From positions 73,157 through 137,156 of the forward strand of contig JAIXQO010000009.1 of the NCBI GenBank assembly GCA_027485695.1: a stretch of DNA of 64,000 nt. Reading direction: 5' to 3'. Both the position numbers and the translations under genes were made by a program. Position 1 is the first letter of the stretch. Every line of letters begins with the position of its first letter. Positions 40,076-49,775 of the stretch are shown one piece after another. This DNA is from Pseudomonadota bacterium. GTDB taxonomy: Bacteria; Bdellovibrionota; UBA1018. The notes beneath the pieces are model-generated. The model saw only the letters and a list, made by a program, of their open reading frames with translations, made no database searches and was not told the origin of the DNA.

Positions 40076-41679
40076 AATACTCAAACTACTGCACACTCAT
40101 CATTCTCAGTTTCTTCTTCTCCACCTCCTGGTCTTACGCCGGAAAAGGCGGATCAAGCGGCGTGGGCGGTGGTGGTGATGTACTGATTTTACCGAACGAT
40201 CAGGTGCTGCTGGCCGATTTCTATATACGAGAAATCGGCACCCATGCCGAACTCCCGAAACAAGCCGTCGAAGAACTCAAACGAGTTCGGTTCATTTTCG
40301 ATCGATATGCCGGCGTGGGTAAATTCGTCGACGATCAGATCTTTAATCCTTTTATTGAATATCGACTCGTACCTGGCATTCAGATGCCTTGCCAACGCGT
40401 TGAACTGGGCGAGCACCCGGGAGAGCGGGCCTTGGGGGGTTGCTCGACTGGTATGACGACCTACCTAGACAAAAGCTTTATGCCGCGCCTCACGATCCGA
40501 CAATTCGCGGAACTCGTGGTGCATGAACGACTCAGAGGACAGTTTCCGAATATCGACGATTCAGATCTCAAAGAAATCACCATCGGACTTGATACCGCGC
40601 TCGACGTCCTGTCCGCTCAGCTACGCGAATCCCAGAGAATTGGTCAGCTCGTCGAGGCAAATCCTCGCTCGAAGGTGGAATGGCAGCTCCCGAGCTTAAC
40701 CGATCAGGAGCTGCGAAATTTAAATCAGCTCCGCTGGAGACTCTACCGCCTATTTAAGCGCGATCAAGCGGCAGAGATGAACGCCTGGACCATTCATCGA
40801 AATGGAGGCGGATTAATCGATGTAACCTCTCGGCCTCTGATTTCCGACTCGATTACCGTAACCCTCTCGAGCCGACTTGCACTCAACCACTGTAAGATCG
40901 GAGCAGGAACCGTGCTACACAATCAAACACTTCTGTGTCCAGAATCTCCCGAAATCGGCGGTTATTTTGAAATCGGCGAGAGGTGTTACATTTCAGGTTC
41001 GCGATTCTATTCGAAGATCTCTTCGATCGAAAATGCCCTCAGACCCGTTATTGTGGGCAATCGCGGAAAAGTGATTGGCAACTCGTTCTCTGATACGCGA
41101 CTCATTGCCGCTCAAGATGCAGTCGTCATAGACTCCGGGTTCTCATTCGGAGACGTTCACGTAAATGAATCTGCCGTGTTACAAGAGTCGAGCAATGGAC
41201 ATAGTGGATTTATCTATTTAGCGAACAATTCTCAAATGAAACAGTTTCGCGGTTCGTCTTGGATCGATGGTGCGCACGTCGTTGTCGGACCATCAGCTAC
41301 CATCGAAAACGTGGTTTATGGATCAAGCGGCGCAGGAGTTGCTCTATTCGTCGGACAAAACTCGAGGGTGATCGGCCTCCAAAACAACGAAGGCAGTTCG
41401 AGTTTTGAGTGGACGAGCATCAGCCGCAACCGTCGGACGAGTCGACTGGAGAGAACCCAATCGCGAGATCGTGATACTCAGCGCCCCATTCCGCCAGGAG
41501 TTTTTGAACTACTCAAAGCTCGAAATAAGAACATTTTGCACATTCGTCCAGACATCCGTTTCGACGCCAGGACTTCGAAGTGCCAAAGCCTGAGCCTCCA
41601 GGTTTCGGGGTACCGAGCGATTTCGACTGAGCAAGACCTTATCGGGGCATGCAGTAGGGGCACCGAGATTCAAAAGTAA
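40072..41679 (+). CDS. Secreted protein with GGSSGVGGGGD motif and beta-helix-like C-terminal repeats
   Basis: Signal peptide ending SYA, LVVHERL, repeated [IV]G..[ASC].[IVL] units. ATGA overlap with the upstream gene. Confidence 0.8.
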   Translation: MKYSNYCTLIILSFFFSTSWSYAGKGGSSGVGGGGDVLILPNDQVLLADFYIREIGTHAELPKQAVEELKRVRFIFDRYAGVGKFVDDQIFNPFIEYRLVPGIQMPCQRVELGEHPGERALGGCSTGMTTYLDKSFMPRLTIRQFAELVVHERLRGQFPNIDDSDLKEITIGLDTALDVLSAQLRESQRIGQLVEANPRSKVEWQLPSLTDQELRNLNQLRWRLYRLFKRDQAAEMNAWTIHRNGGGLIDVTSRPLISDSITVTLSSRLALNHCKIGAGTVLHNQTLLCPESPEIGGYFEIGERCYISGSRFYSKISSIENALRPVIVGNRGKVIGNSFSDTRLIAAQDAVVIDSGFSFGDVHVNESAVLQESSNGHSGFIYLANNSQMKQFRGSSWIDGAHVVVGPSATIENVVYGSSGAGVALFVGQNSRVIGLQNNEGSSSFEWTSISRNRRTSRLERTQSRDRDTQRPIPPGVFELLKARNKNILHIRPDIRFDARTSKCQSLSLQVSGYRAISTEQDLIGACSRGTEIQK

Positions 41680-41802
41680 TTGTCCCATCCCATTTTGTTC
41701 CCTTTCAAGAGACGTTCACTCCTCACGGAGTCGACGTCTTTTGTTTTTAGGGCTACAGAAAACGCTCGACCCTATTCGTCGTTTGATGAAAACTTGAACC
41801 CG

Positions 41803-42204
41803 ATGATTACTGGAATCGCACTCACCGCACTCCTCGTTCGCGACTATCAAGAGGCACTGGCCTTTTATTGCGAGAAACTTGGATTTTTGGTGGTCGAAGA
41901 CACGTCACTCGAGTCAAAACGCTGGGTCAGAATCAGAGCCCCAGGCGGTGGCGGTGGCGAACTTCTCCTCTCAAAAGCATCAGATGAGAAACAAGCTGAG
42001 ACCGTCGGAAATCAAGCCGGCGGTCGCGTCTTCCTATTCCTGTCCACGAATGATCTCGATCACGATTACAAAAAAATGTGTTCATTATGCGTCGAGTTTA
42101 CCGAGGCACCGGTTGATCACTCATACGGAAAAGTGGCCGTATTCAAAGATCTCTACGGCAATCGGATCGACCTGATTGAGCCAAAAACTGCGATCGAATA
42201 TTGA
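41803..42204 (+). CDS. VOC/glyoxalase family protein
   Basis: TALLVRDYQEALAFYCEKLGF, GNQAGGRVFLFL, YGKVAVFKDLYGNRIDL. Confidence 0.92.
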   Translation: MITGIALTALLVRDYQEALAFYCEKLGFLVVEDTSLESKRWVRIRAPGGGGGELLLSKASDEKQAETVGNQAGGRVFLFLSTNDLDHDYKKMCSLCVEFTEAPVDHSYGKVAVFKDLYGNRIDLIEPKTAIEY

Positions 42205-42219
42205 TTCAGGAGGTCTGCA

Positions 42220-42555
42220 TTGATTCAAGCATCTTTGATTCTCAATATCGTCGTTCTCGTGCCGGTCATTCTCGGGCTGATCTTAAACGTCGAAAAAATG
42301 GCTCCGGTTTTTGGTGCTAGAACGACCGCCCGAGATATCTTGCTCTGTTTGTATGTGACGATTCTCTTAGCAAGTGGACTTCTCTTATTTGCCCAATCAA
42401 GCCCCATTGATTTTGTCACCGCCCTCTTGATGGGGCAGGTCTTTTACAAACTGCTGTCCATCATCTTGGTCAGAGACAAGAAAACGCCGGTGATCTGGTT
42501 CAATTTAGCGATCGCGATTTTTCACCTTTGCACCCTCAGAATGATCTTCGCCTGA
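42220..42555 (+). CDS. Small membrane protein
   Basis: RBS AGGAGG before TTG. Four hydrophobic segments. Confidence 0.7.
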   Translation: MIQASLILNIVVLVPVILGLILNVEKMAPVFGARTTARDILLCLYVTILLASGLLLFAQSSPIDFVTALLMGQVFYKLLSIILVRDKKTPVIWFNLAIAIFHLCTLRMIFA

Positions 42556-42713
42556 ACCGCCTCATTTCCCAAAAACCCGCCCCAGAGGCTCTACTCCCGT
42601 GCGAGGAACCTGCCAAGCCCGATATAGCTCGTCCTGGGTGACGAGAAGCAGAAATACTCCCTTCCATCCCCCTCGACATCCCCTTTTCTAAATGCCAGAA
42701 TCGACTTCATTCC

Positions 42714-45700
42714 ATGACCCCATCTTCTCCAAATAACGGCTCGCGTCGCCGACGCCGCCGCCGACCGATTGACCAGCGAAATGATCCGCGTTCTGAACAG
42801 CGCCCTCACTCGCCCCATATTCCGCGCATCATTCCTGCTTCCGAAAAACCATCGGTTGAGCGGCTAGAGTCTTTTGCCGATTCGGTGCCTGAATCGGCAC
42901 CCTACTCGGCAACGGAATCGGATTCGAATTCTGATTCAAATATGGATTCAAATGCGGACGCAAACTTTCGCCCCGAGTCTGACGGATCCATCGACACTGG
43001 GATTTCGCCCCCAAGCGAACCAGGTATGGACTCAGATCCGAACCAAGCTCCTTTTCAAAATTCAAATCCCCGCCATCGACCGCACCGCAATGACCGCCGT
43101 CACAACGGACGTCCGCGACCGGGCGCCCGCCCGAATCACCCGAACGATCGAAATAACGGACGGGAACCTCGCCCTCCCGGCGCACCGAACGGTCTTGAAC
43201 AACGCTGCATTCGCCAATTCGCTCGAAGCGTACTGATCCGCGGACGCCAGTATTTCCGCTCGGGTCACGTTTCAGACGCCACACAAATGGGCGACGCATT
43301 CTCACTCGTCGTCGAAGGAAATGGCGAGCGCTACACGATCTGGATCGATTTCTCCAAGGCCGGCGCCGATGGATCCATCGAGGCGCGTTGTTCGTGCCCG
43401 TACTATGAGACGGCAGGACTGTGTAAACACCTTTGGGCTTCGATCATTAAACTCGAGCAATCCGGCTTCTCGACCAAAGTCCCCGGAACCGGCCCCTTGC
43501 GGTTTCGTCGTGAGGGCCCAGCGCCCACTCGTAAACCCGGCGCACCTCCGATACGCATCGCGCCTGTACGCGTGATTCCCGTTTCGACGGAATCTTGGCT
43601 TGCGCGCCTCGACCAGATCCAAGGCAAAACGAACCGCGCAACGACTCACTCGAGCGGTCAGTTGCTCGCAGCTTTTGTCATCCATGCGGCGGGAACCTCC
43701 GCCGGTGGTAAATTAGTTTTAGATTTCTGGTCCCAGCGCAAAGGTCTCGGCCGCGATACCGGCCCACTTCGCCCGGATCGAGCCCCCGAACGCGACTTAA
43801 GTATCCTTCAAGAACCGCGTGACCGCGAAATTGTTTCGCTCCTCTTACGAACCGGAGAACCCAAAGTCGCCAACTCTTTTGGCGGCTCTTGCACGCGATT
43901 CACGGTGGATCCAATCTTGGAATCCCAAGTCCTGACAACGATCGCCGGATCCGGCAAAGTATTTATTTCTCGCTCTCCCAATGGATCGCCCGATCAAGCC
44001 GATCGCCCGATCCGCATGGACCGCGGCAAATCTTGGGATCTCGAAATGCGCCTGGAATCCGTACCAGGTGGCCGTTTCCGCATGATCGCAGCGCTTCGTC
44101 GCGATCATGAAATCGAGTCATTGAACGAGCCAGAATTCATCTTGAGCTCAGGACTCTTCTTGCTCGACGAAAAAATCTGCCGACTCGCAGAACCGAGACA
44201 TGCTTCGTGGATCAAGAACCTGCGCTCGGGAGAGTTCATGATTCCCGAAGCCGAAGTCGATGCATTCTTGCAACGGATTCTCACCGACCCGAACGCGCCG
44301 CAAGTCACGTGGCCCGAGGGCCTGGGTTGGAAACGCACACTACCCACTCCGACTCCGATCTGCGCATTCCTGCCACTCGGTGGCGATCGCTCGAGCGGAC
44401 GTATGACGGCAACGGTTAGTTTCGATTACGCGGGACAAATCTTGTCGCTTGCCGATCAAACCCAGAGCTTGGTGGATGTCGAGAATCGCCAAGTTTACAT
44501 GCGCAATTTTGCATTCGAGGAATCTGCTCTCGCTCAGGTGCTAGAGATCCTCCGTGATCCGACCGGCGCCATTCCGATCAGCGATCTGCAGCGTTCAGCT
44601 ACGGCACTCAGCCTCGAAGGCTGGAAAGTGCTCATCGAAAATCAACGCGTAATCACGGCCGATGATTTCTCCTTGAATGTGAAATCTTCCACCGACTGGT
44701 TCGATATCACGCTCGAAGCCTCGTTCAGTGGCAGCCCCATTCGCAAAGCGGAAATCTTAGCCGCACTCGATGCCCAGAGCACGGTCATCAAACTCAAAGA
44801 CGGCACCATCGGATTTCTCCCCGAAGATTGGGTCTCGCGCTACGCGACACTCAAGCGTTTGGGTAGCCAAGATGCAACAGGCTCGCTTCGTTTTGAAAAA
44901 TCACAAGGACTACTCCTCGACGCCGCCTTGGGCGGTGCTGGAGATATTCACGCCGACAAGGCGTTCAAATCGTTTCGTAAACGCATCGCGGATTACGACC
45001 TAACCAAGACCGCCAAGGCTCCGATTGGTTTCAAAGGTAAACTCCGCGACTATCAAAAAGAAGGACTCACTTGGCTTGAGTTCCTCGCTGATTTTGAAAC
45101 GGGCGGAGTCCTGGCCGACGACATGGGTCTTGGTAAAACCATCCAAGTCCTCGCGTTCCTGCTCTCCCGCAAAAAAGAGAGCAAACTCCCGAGCATCGTC
45201 GTCGCTCCAAAGAGCTTGGTGTTCAACTGGATTGACGAGGCTCAGAAGTTCGCCCCGAAATTAAAAATCGTCGAGTACGTCGAAGCCGGGCGCAACAAGG
45301 TATTCCACGAAATCAAAGAAGCAGACCTCGTCGTCACGACTTACGGCACGCTCCGCGCGGATATCGATAAACTCCGTGACCTGGATTTCGACGTCGCCAT
45401 CGTCGATGAGGCGCAAGCCATCAAAAACCCAAAATCGCAATCCGCGCTCGCCTGCAAACAACTCCGAGCCACGCACCGAATCGCGCTCACCGGTACGCCG
45501 ATTGAGAACTCGGTCGGAGATCTGCTCTCGATCCTCGAATTCACGAATCCGGGCCTCCTCCACTTCTCCTCGCGCGATGATGTGTCCGAAGACTTGGAAG
45601 CAACGCTGGCACGCGTATTAAAACCATTCCTCCTCAGGCGCACAAAAGAGGCGGTTCTGACCGAACTTCCAGCCAAATCCGAGCAAGTACTCTTCTGCGA

Positions 45701-46394
45701 AATGAGTACGGAGCAATCGGAATACTACTCCGTCATTCGCGATCGCTACCGCGATTCGATCGCGCGATCGGTGACCGAGAACGGCCTTGCGAAATCAAAA
45801 CTGCACGTGCTCGAGGCGCTTCTACGTTTAAGACAAGCAGCCTGTCACCCAGGTCTCATCGAAGACGCGAGACGCACGGATCCAAGCGCGAAACTCGACC
45901 GTCTCTTGACCCAGCTCAAAGAGGTCCTCGCCGAGGGCCACAAGGCGCTCGTATTCTCGCAGTTCACCAGCTTGCTTTCGATCGTCAAAGACAAACTCGA
46001 TTCCGAGAAAATCACTTACGAATACCTCGATGGCCAGACGACCGACCGAAAAACACCGGTCGAACGGTTTCAGTCCGAGGGCGGAAGCTCGGTTTTCTTG
46101 ATTAGTTTGAAAGCCGGCGGCACGGGTCTCAACCTCACCTCAGCCGACTACGTATTCATCCTCGATCCTTGGTGGAATCCCGCCGTCGAGGCGCAGGCGA
46201 TTGGCCGCGCGCACCGCATGGGCCAGCAACAAAAAGTATTCGCCTACCGCATGGTCGCCCGTGGAACGGTCGAGGAGAAGATCCTCGAACTTCAGAAAAA
46301 GAAAAAAGCGCTCGCAGAATCTATCGTTTCTGAGAACACGGATTTCATGAAGAAACTGACCAAGGCGGATCTCGAGAGTTTGCTCGCGCCTTGA
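42714..46394 (+). CDS. SWIM zinc finger / SNF2-family helicase
   Basis: CSCPYY..AGLCKH, LADDMGLGKT, DEAQAIKNP, LTGTPIEN, SLKAGGTGLNL, QAIGRAHRMGQ. Confidence 0.97.
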   Translation: MTPSSPNNGSRRRRRRRPIDQRNDPRSEQRPHSPHIPRIIPASEKPSVERLESFADSVPESAPYSATESDSNSDSNMDSNADANFRPESDGSIDTGISPPSEPGMDSDPNQAPFQNSNPRHRPHRNDRRHNGRPRPGARPNHPNDRNNGREPRPPGAPNGLEQRCIRQFARSVLIRGRQYFRSGHVSDATQMGDAFSLVVEGNGERYTIWIDFSKAGADGSIEARCSCPYYETAGLCKHLWASIIKLEQSGFSTKVPGTGPLRFRREGPAPTRKPGAPPIRIAPVRVIPVSTESWLARLDQIQGKTNRATTHSSGQLLAAFVIHAAGTSAGGKLVLDFWSQRKGLGRDTGPLRPDRAPERDLSILQEPRDREIVSLLLRTGEPKVANSFGGSCTRFTVDPILESQVLTTIAGSGKVFISRSPNGSPDQADRPIRMDRGKSWDLEMRLESVPGGRFRMIAALRRDHEIESLNEPEFILSSGLFLLDEKICRLAEPRHASWIKNLRSGEFMIPEAEVDAFLQRILTDPNAPQVTWPEGLGWKRTLPTPTPICAFLPLGGDRSSGRMTATVSFDYAGQILSLADQTQSLVDVENRQVYMRNFAFEESALAQVLEILRDPTGAIPISDLQRSATALSLEGWKVLIENQRVITADDFSLNVKSSTDWFDITLEASFSGSPIRKAEILAALDAQSTVIKLKDGTIGFLPEDWVSRYATLKRLGSQDATGSLRFEKSQGLLLDAALGGAGDIHADKAFKSFRKRIADYDLTKTAKAPIGFKGKLRDYQKEGLTWLEFLADFETGGVLADDMGLGKTIQVLAFLLSRKKESKLPSIVVAPKSLVFNWIDEAQKFAPKLKIVEYVEAGRNKVFHEIKEADLVVTTYGTLRADIDKLRDLDFDVAIVDEAQAIKNPKSQSALACKQLRATHRIALTGTPIENSVGDLLSILEFTNPGLLHFSSRDDVSEDLEATLARVLKPFLLRRTKEAVLTELPAKSEQVLFCEMSTEQSEYYSVIRDRYRDSIARSVTENGLAKSKLHVLEALLRLRQAACHPGLIEDARRTDPSAKLDRLLTQLKEVLAEGHKALVFSQFTSLLSIVKDKLDSEKITYEYLDGQTTDRKTPVERFQSEGGSSVFLISLKAGGTGLNLTSADYVFILDPWWNPAVEAQAIGRAHRMGQQQKVFAYRMVARGTVEEKILELQKKKKALAESIVSENTDFMKKLTKADLESLLAP

Positions 46395-46410
46395 TCGGTC
46401 CACTCGACTG

Positions 46411-46941
46411 ATGAGGAAAAAACTAATGGGCTTTTTCGATGGCTTCGCGAATTCGGCATTCAAAAAGGACTCTGAGGGCCGCGATCTTTTTTTTCCGTGG
46501 GGGCCTTGGAGTTCGGGATTCATCCTCAAGTCCGAAGATCAATTGAACGAACTTCGAAGCTTCCGAATGAAAACGTTCATGGTGGCATTGCCGGCGGCGA
46601 TCATCAGCATGGAAATCGTCGACGAAATCTGGGGCACCGTCGGAATCCTCTCGCTCTATTTTTTGGGGTACTACTTTTGGGTCAAAAAGTTGACTCAGGA
46701 TCTCGCACGTTCGAATGTGAAAATGAAACCTTTTGAATCCGATCAAATCTTTGCGAGGAAGACTCCTCTAAAAACTTTGATCTTCTTCGAGATCGCTGCC
46801 ATCGGGTTTTTCTCAATGTATGTCTGGCTATTGATTGCAGGGAATCAGACTTGGATACCCTTCGCCGGGATCGGACTTTTTGGCCTCATCGCGCTATCGA
46901 TCGGGTACATGATCGCCGTGAAGCTCAGAAATCGGAAATGA
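46411..46941 (+). CDS. Hypothetical membrane protein
   Basis: FKKDSEGRDLFFPWG followed by four TM segments. Confidence 0.75.
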   Translation: MRKKLMGFFDGFANSAFKKDSEGRDLFFPWGPWSSGFILKSEDQLNELRSFRMKTFMVALPAAIISMEIVDEIWGTVGILSLYFLGYYFWVKKLTQDLARSNVKMKPFESDQIFARKTPLKTLIFFEIAAIGFFSMYVWLLIAGNQTWIPFAGIGLFGLIALSIGYMIAVKLRNRK

Positions 46942-46986
46942 GATTTGAGACTCTGATCGGACCGATCTCGAGTCACTGAAGAGTGA

Positions 46987-47517
46987 TCAGGCTCTCTCAC
47001 CGTTCGACCGAACAGCTTGTCTAAGCGCAATTCGTTCTTGCGGGATTCTCACGGTTAACAATGCGTAGGCGTTTGACAGGCTGAATACGACTGCCGTGAA
47101 ATAAAGCCCGAAGATCATCGGGAAAAACAGGATCTCGATCGTCACGATCAGATAGTTCGGATGAGAAACGAATTTGAATGGCCCACCAGAAACCAGACGT
47201 TCTCCCGGAAGAACCAAGATCCGCGTGGTCCAGCGCCCTTGCATGGCACGCATGACCCAAACTCTCCCCGCCTGAGCTAGAACAAAAACAACGAAACAAA
47301 TCGGCCAAAAGGTCGGGACCTCGGGACGGCGTACCCAGTACTCGACGATGAGACTTAAAAAAAACAGCACGTGAAGTGCGACCAGGATCCAATAGTGATC
47401 GGCCCCAAACTCAATGGCTCCTTTTTGGAGGAGTACACGCGTGTTTCGCTTAGCGACGAAGAGCTCGACCATTCTCTGAAAAACAATAAACGCGATCCCC
47501 GCAAAAAATAACGTCAT
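46987..47517 (-). CDS. Isoprenylcysteine carboxylmethyltransferase-family protein (BpsB/SrsB-like)
   Basis: QRMVELFVAKRNT, EFGADHY, RWTTRILVLPG, GPFKFVSHPNY, RIPQE. Confidence 0.92.
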   Translation of the reverse strand: MTLFFAGIAFIVFQRMVELFVAKRNTRVLLQKGAIEFGADHYWILVALHVLFFLSLIVEYWVRRPEVPTFWPICFVVFVLAQAGRVWVMRAMQGRWTTRILVLPGERLVSGGPFKFVSHPNYLIVTIEILFFPMIFGLYFTAVVFSLSNAYALLTVRIPQERIALRQAVRSNGERA

Positions 47518-47518
47518 G

Positions 47519-48586
47519 CTAATCCCATTTCAACAGAACCATCTCTGAACTAAACCCGGGCCCGAGAGATGCCAGGAGACCGTACTCGCCAGATTGATCT
47601 GGGGCTTGTTTCAGTACTCTCTCCAGCACGAAATACACCGTGGCACTCGACATGTTTCCGTATTGCCTCAGAACTTCGGCCGAATTCCCGAGTTTATCGG
47701 CAGGAATACCTAAGCCTTCGGAATAGGCGTCGAGCACCTTGGCACCGCCCGGGTGCATGATGAAGTGTGAAATCTGTTCGATCGGTAGTTCGCGCGACTG
47801 AAGAAACTCAAAAACATCTCGTTTTACGACCGAAGTAATGATCGATGGAATGTCTTTTGAGAGCTGGACCTTAAAACCGTCGGTCGTAACGATCCAGCCC
47901 ATGACTTCCTCTGTGTCCGGATAGATCGTAGAGAGACTGCCTAGTGTTGACGGTCGCGAATGCTCGCTACTAGTGAGCGGTACATCATCTCCGACCATCA
48001 GACAGGCCGCCGCTCCGTCTCCAAACAGGGCCGCAGAAATTATCCCGCTTTTGGAGAGATCATCCCGCTGAAATGCCAAACTACAAAGCTCGACCACAAC
48101 AATCAGTGCACGATGGGTCGGATAGGCGCGGAGATAATCGTGAGCTCGTGCAATTCCCGCGGCACCGCCTGCGCAACCGAGCCCCCAAATCGGCACTCGT
48201 TTAATGTGAGATTGGAACTGGATACGATTCGAGAGACGCGCATCGAGGCTCGGCGTCGAAACACCCGTCGTGGAGATCAAGAAAATGACATCGAAATCGA
48301 CCGTTTTTACTTGGCAGTGATCGGCAAGTTTTCGCACGACGGCTTCACTGAGCGAGAGGGCCGTTTCAATATAAACATCGTTCATCTGGGTAAACGTATG
48401 AAATTCCTGAAACCACTCCAGGCTCTTTGAAAAATAACGGGTTTCAACCTTGGCGTTTTCAAACACCGGCATCAAGCGGCGAAAACGATCGGTATCTCCG
48501 AAGAGTTTCGCGGCAAATGCAGAAATCTCCGACTGAGAGACAGCATGAGGTGGTGTGATCGTAGAAACTCCCGCTATTCGAGGCAT
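47519..48586 (-). CDS. Type III polyketide synthase (BpsA/SrsA-like)
   Basis: Catalytic triad motifs WGLGCAGG, HPGG and YGNMSS, plus ALFGDG and LGPGFSSE. RBS before ATG 48586. Confidence 0.96.
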   Translation of the reverse strand: MPRIAGVSTITPPHAVSQSEISAFAAKLFGDTDRFRRLMPVFENAKVETRYFSKSLEWFQEFHTFTQMNDVYIETALSLSEAVVRKLADHCQVKTVDFDVIFLISTTGVSTPSLDARLSNRIQFQSHIKRVPIWGLGCAGGAAGIARAHDYLRAYPTHRALIVVVELCSLAFQRDDLSKSGIISAALFGDGAAACLMVGDDVPLTSSEHSRPSTLGSLSTIYPDTEEVMGWIVTTDGFKVQLSKDIPSIITSVVKRDVFEFLQSRELPIEQISHFIMHPGGAKVLDAYSEGLGIPADKLGNSAEVLRQYGNMSSATVYFVLERVLKQAPDQSGEYGLLASLGPGFSSEMVLLKWD

Positions 48587-48721
48587 GCCCCACTCTACTG
48601 CAAGGGGCGCGCTTGACACCAGATCGAACGTAGAGAAGTTGAGTCTGCAGAGTGGAATTTTTCCCCACGTCATTTGAGTCGAGAGGCAAAAGGTCCATCA
48701 AGAAATTCGGGCAGTGCGTCC

Positions 48722-49321
48722 TCAGCTCGCCTTGGGTGCAAAACACTCGATCAAGTGAGCTCGTCCATCCATGAGAATTCGTCGAGCGCGATCTGAGTCT
48801 TTTACTGTACGCGCCATCGTCAAAGTACCGACCAGACCTGCATAGAGGTTTCTTGCTCGTGCATCGAGCTCTGCGGAAGTAGCTCTGGGAAAATGAACCT
48901 GGAGCGCATGAGCAAACAGACCAAAAATTCTCTCCACATGCGTCTCAAACAGTTTTCGATGCGCGGCTTTGCACCGCTGCATATCACTACTGAGTGACGT
49001 AAAAACGCAACTTGCACCGACGTCGTTTAAACTCCGCTCAGACAAATGATCTTCGATGATCGATCTTAAAGCGCGAACACCTTGTTCACGGAAGCGATTT
49101 TCCAATGAGGCTTCGAGCTGCTCTAAATCGGCACAAACCGCCTGCACAAATAGATCGTCCTTGGATTTAAAATGGCTATAGAGCGCCCCTCTCGTCAGCC
49201 CCAACTGCTCCATCATGGCCTGGGTACCAGCTCCGACTCGACCGTTCTGTTTCAGGTAAACCAGTGTTTTATCGAGGATGGTTGCTCGCAGTTTTTGCTT
49301 CTCGCCCGCTTTGGTTCTCAT
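48722..49321 (-). CDS. TetR/AcrR-family regulator
   Basis: LGLTRGALYSHFKSKDDLF HTH and LVGTLTMAR C-terminus. Confidence 0.9.
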   Translation of the reverse strand: MRTKAGEKQKLRATILDKTLVYLKQNGRVGAGTQAMMEQLGLTRGALYSHFKSKDDLFVQAVCADLEQLEASLENRFREQGVRALRSIIEDHLSERSLNDVGASCVFTSLSSDMQRCKAAHRKLFETHVERIFGLFAHALQVHFPRATSAELDARARNLYAGLVGTLTMARTVKDSDRARRILMDGRAHLIECFAPKAS

Positions 49322-49334
49322 ACATTCAGAATAC

Positions 49335-49382
49335 AATACTGACCTGTATTAATAAACTTGTATTTTAATGCAGATCAGTATT
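49335..49382. promoter_or_regulatory. Paired operator in the divergent promoter
   Basis: AATACTGACCTGTATTAA (49335-49352) and TTAATGCAGATCAGTATT (49365-49382) are inverted copies at 16/18. Confidence 0.7.
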
Positions 49383-49433
49383 ATAAAATAAGAACCGGCA
49401 ACTGATTTATTTAGCGCTTCATACGGAGTAAAA

Positions 49434-49775
49434 ATGAACCCCATCCCCAAGACCATTGCCCAATTCATAGACGCATCGAACCGATACGATATCGATCAGA
49501 TGGCCCGGTGTTTCGCAGACGACGCCACGGTACACGACGTTGGAGAAGACCTACAACTCACAGGTCGTTCCTCTATTCGTCAGTGGCTAGAGGACACCCG
49601 CGGAAAATATTCGCTACAAACAAGACCGCTCGAAACCTCGGGCGATGACGAGAACTTTGAGATCTTAGCCGAGGTCTCTGGAACTTTTGACGGAAGCCCC
49701 TTGAAGTTTCGCTATCGGTTCAATCTTCAGGGAGAATCCATCCGATTCCTCAGCACCACCTACGTGGATGAATGA
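49434..49775 (+). CDS. NTF2/SnoaL-like protein
   Basis: CFADDATVHD, VSGTFDGSPLKFRYRF. Confidence 0.88.
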   Translation: MNPIPKTIAQFIDASNRYDIDQMARCFADDATVHDVGEDLQLTGRSSIRQWLEDTRGKYSLQTRPLETSGDDENFEILAEVSGTFDGSPLKFRYRFNLQGESIRFLSTTYVDE

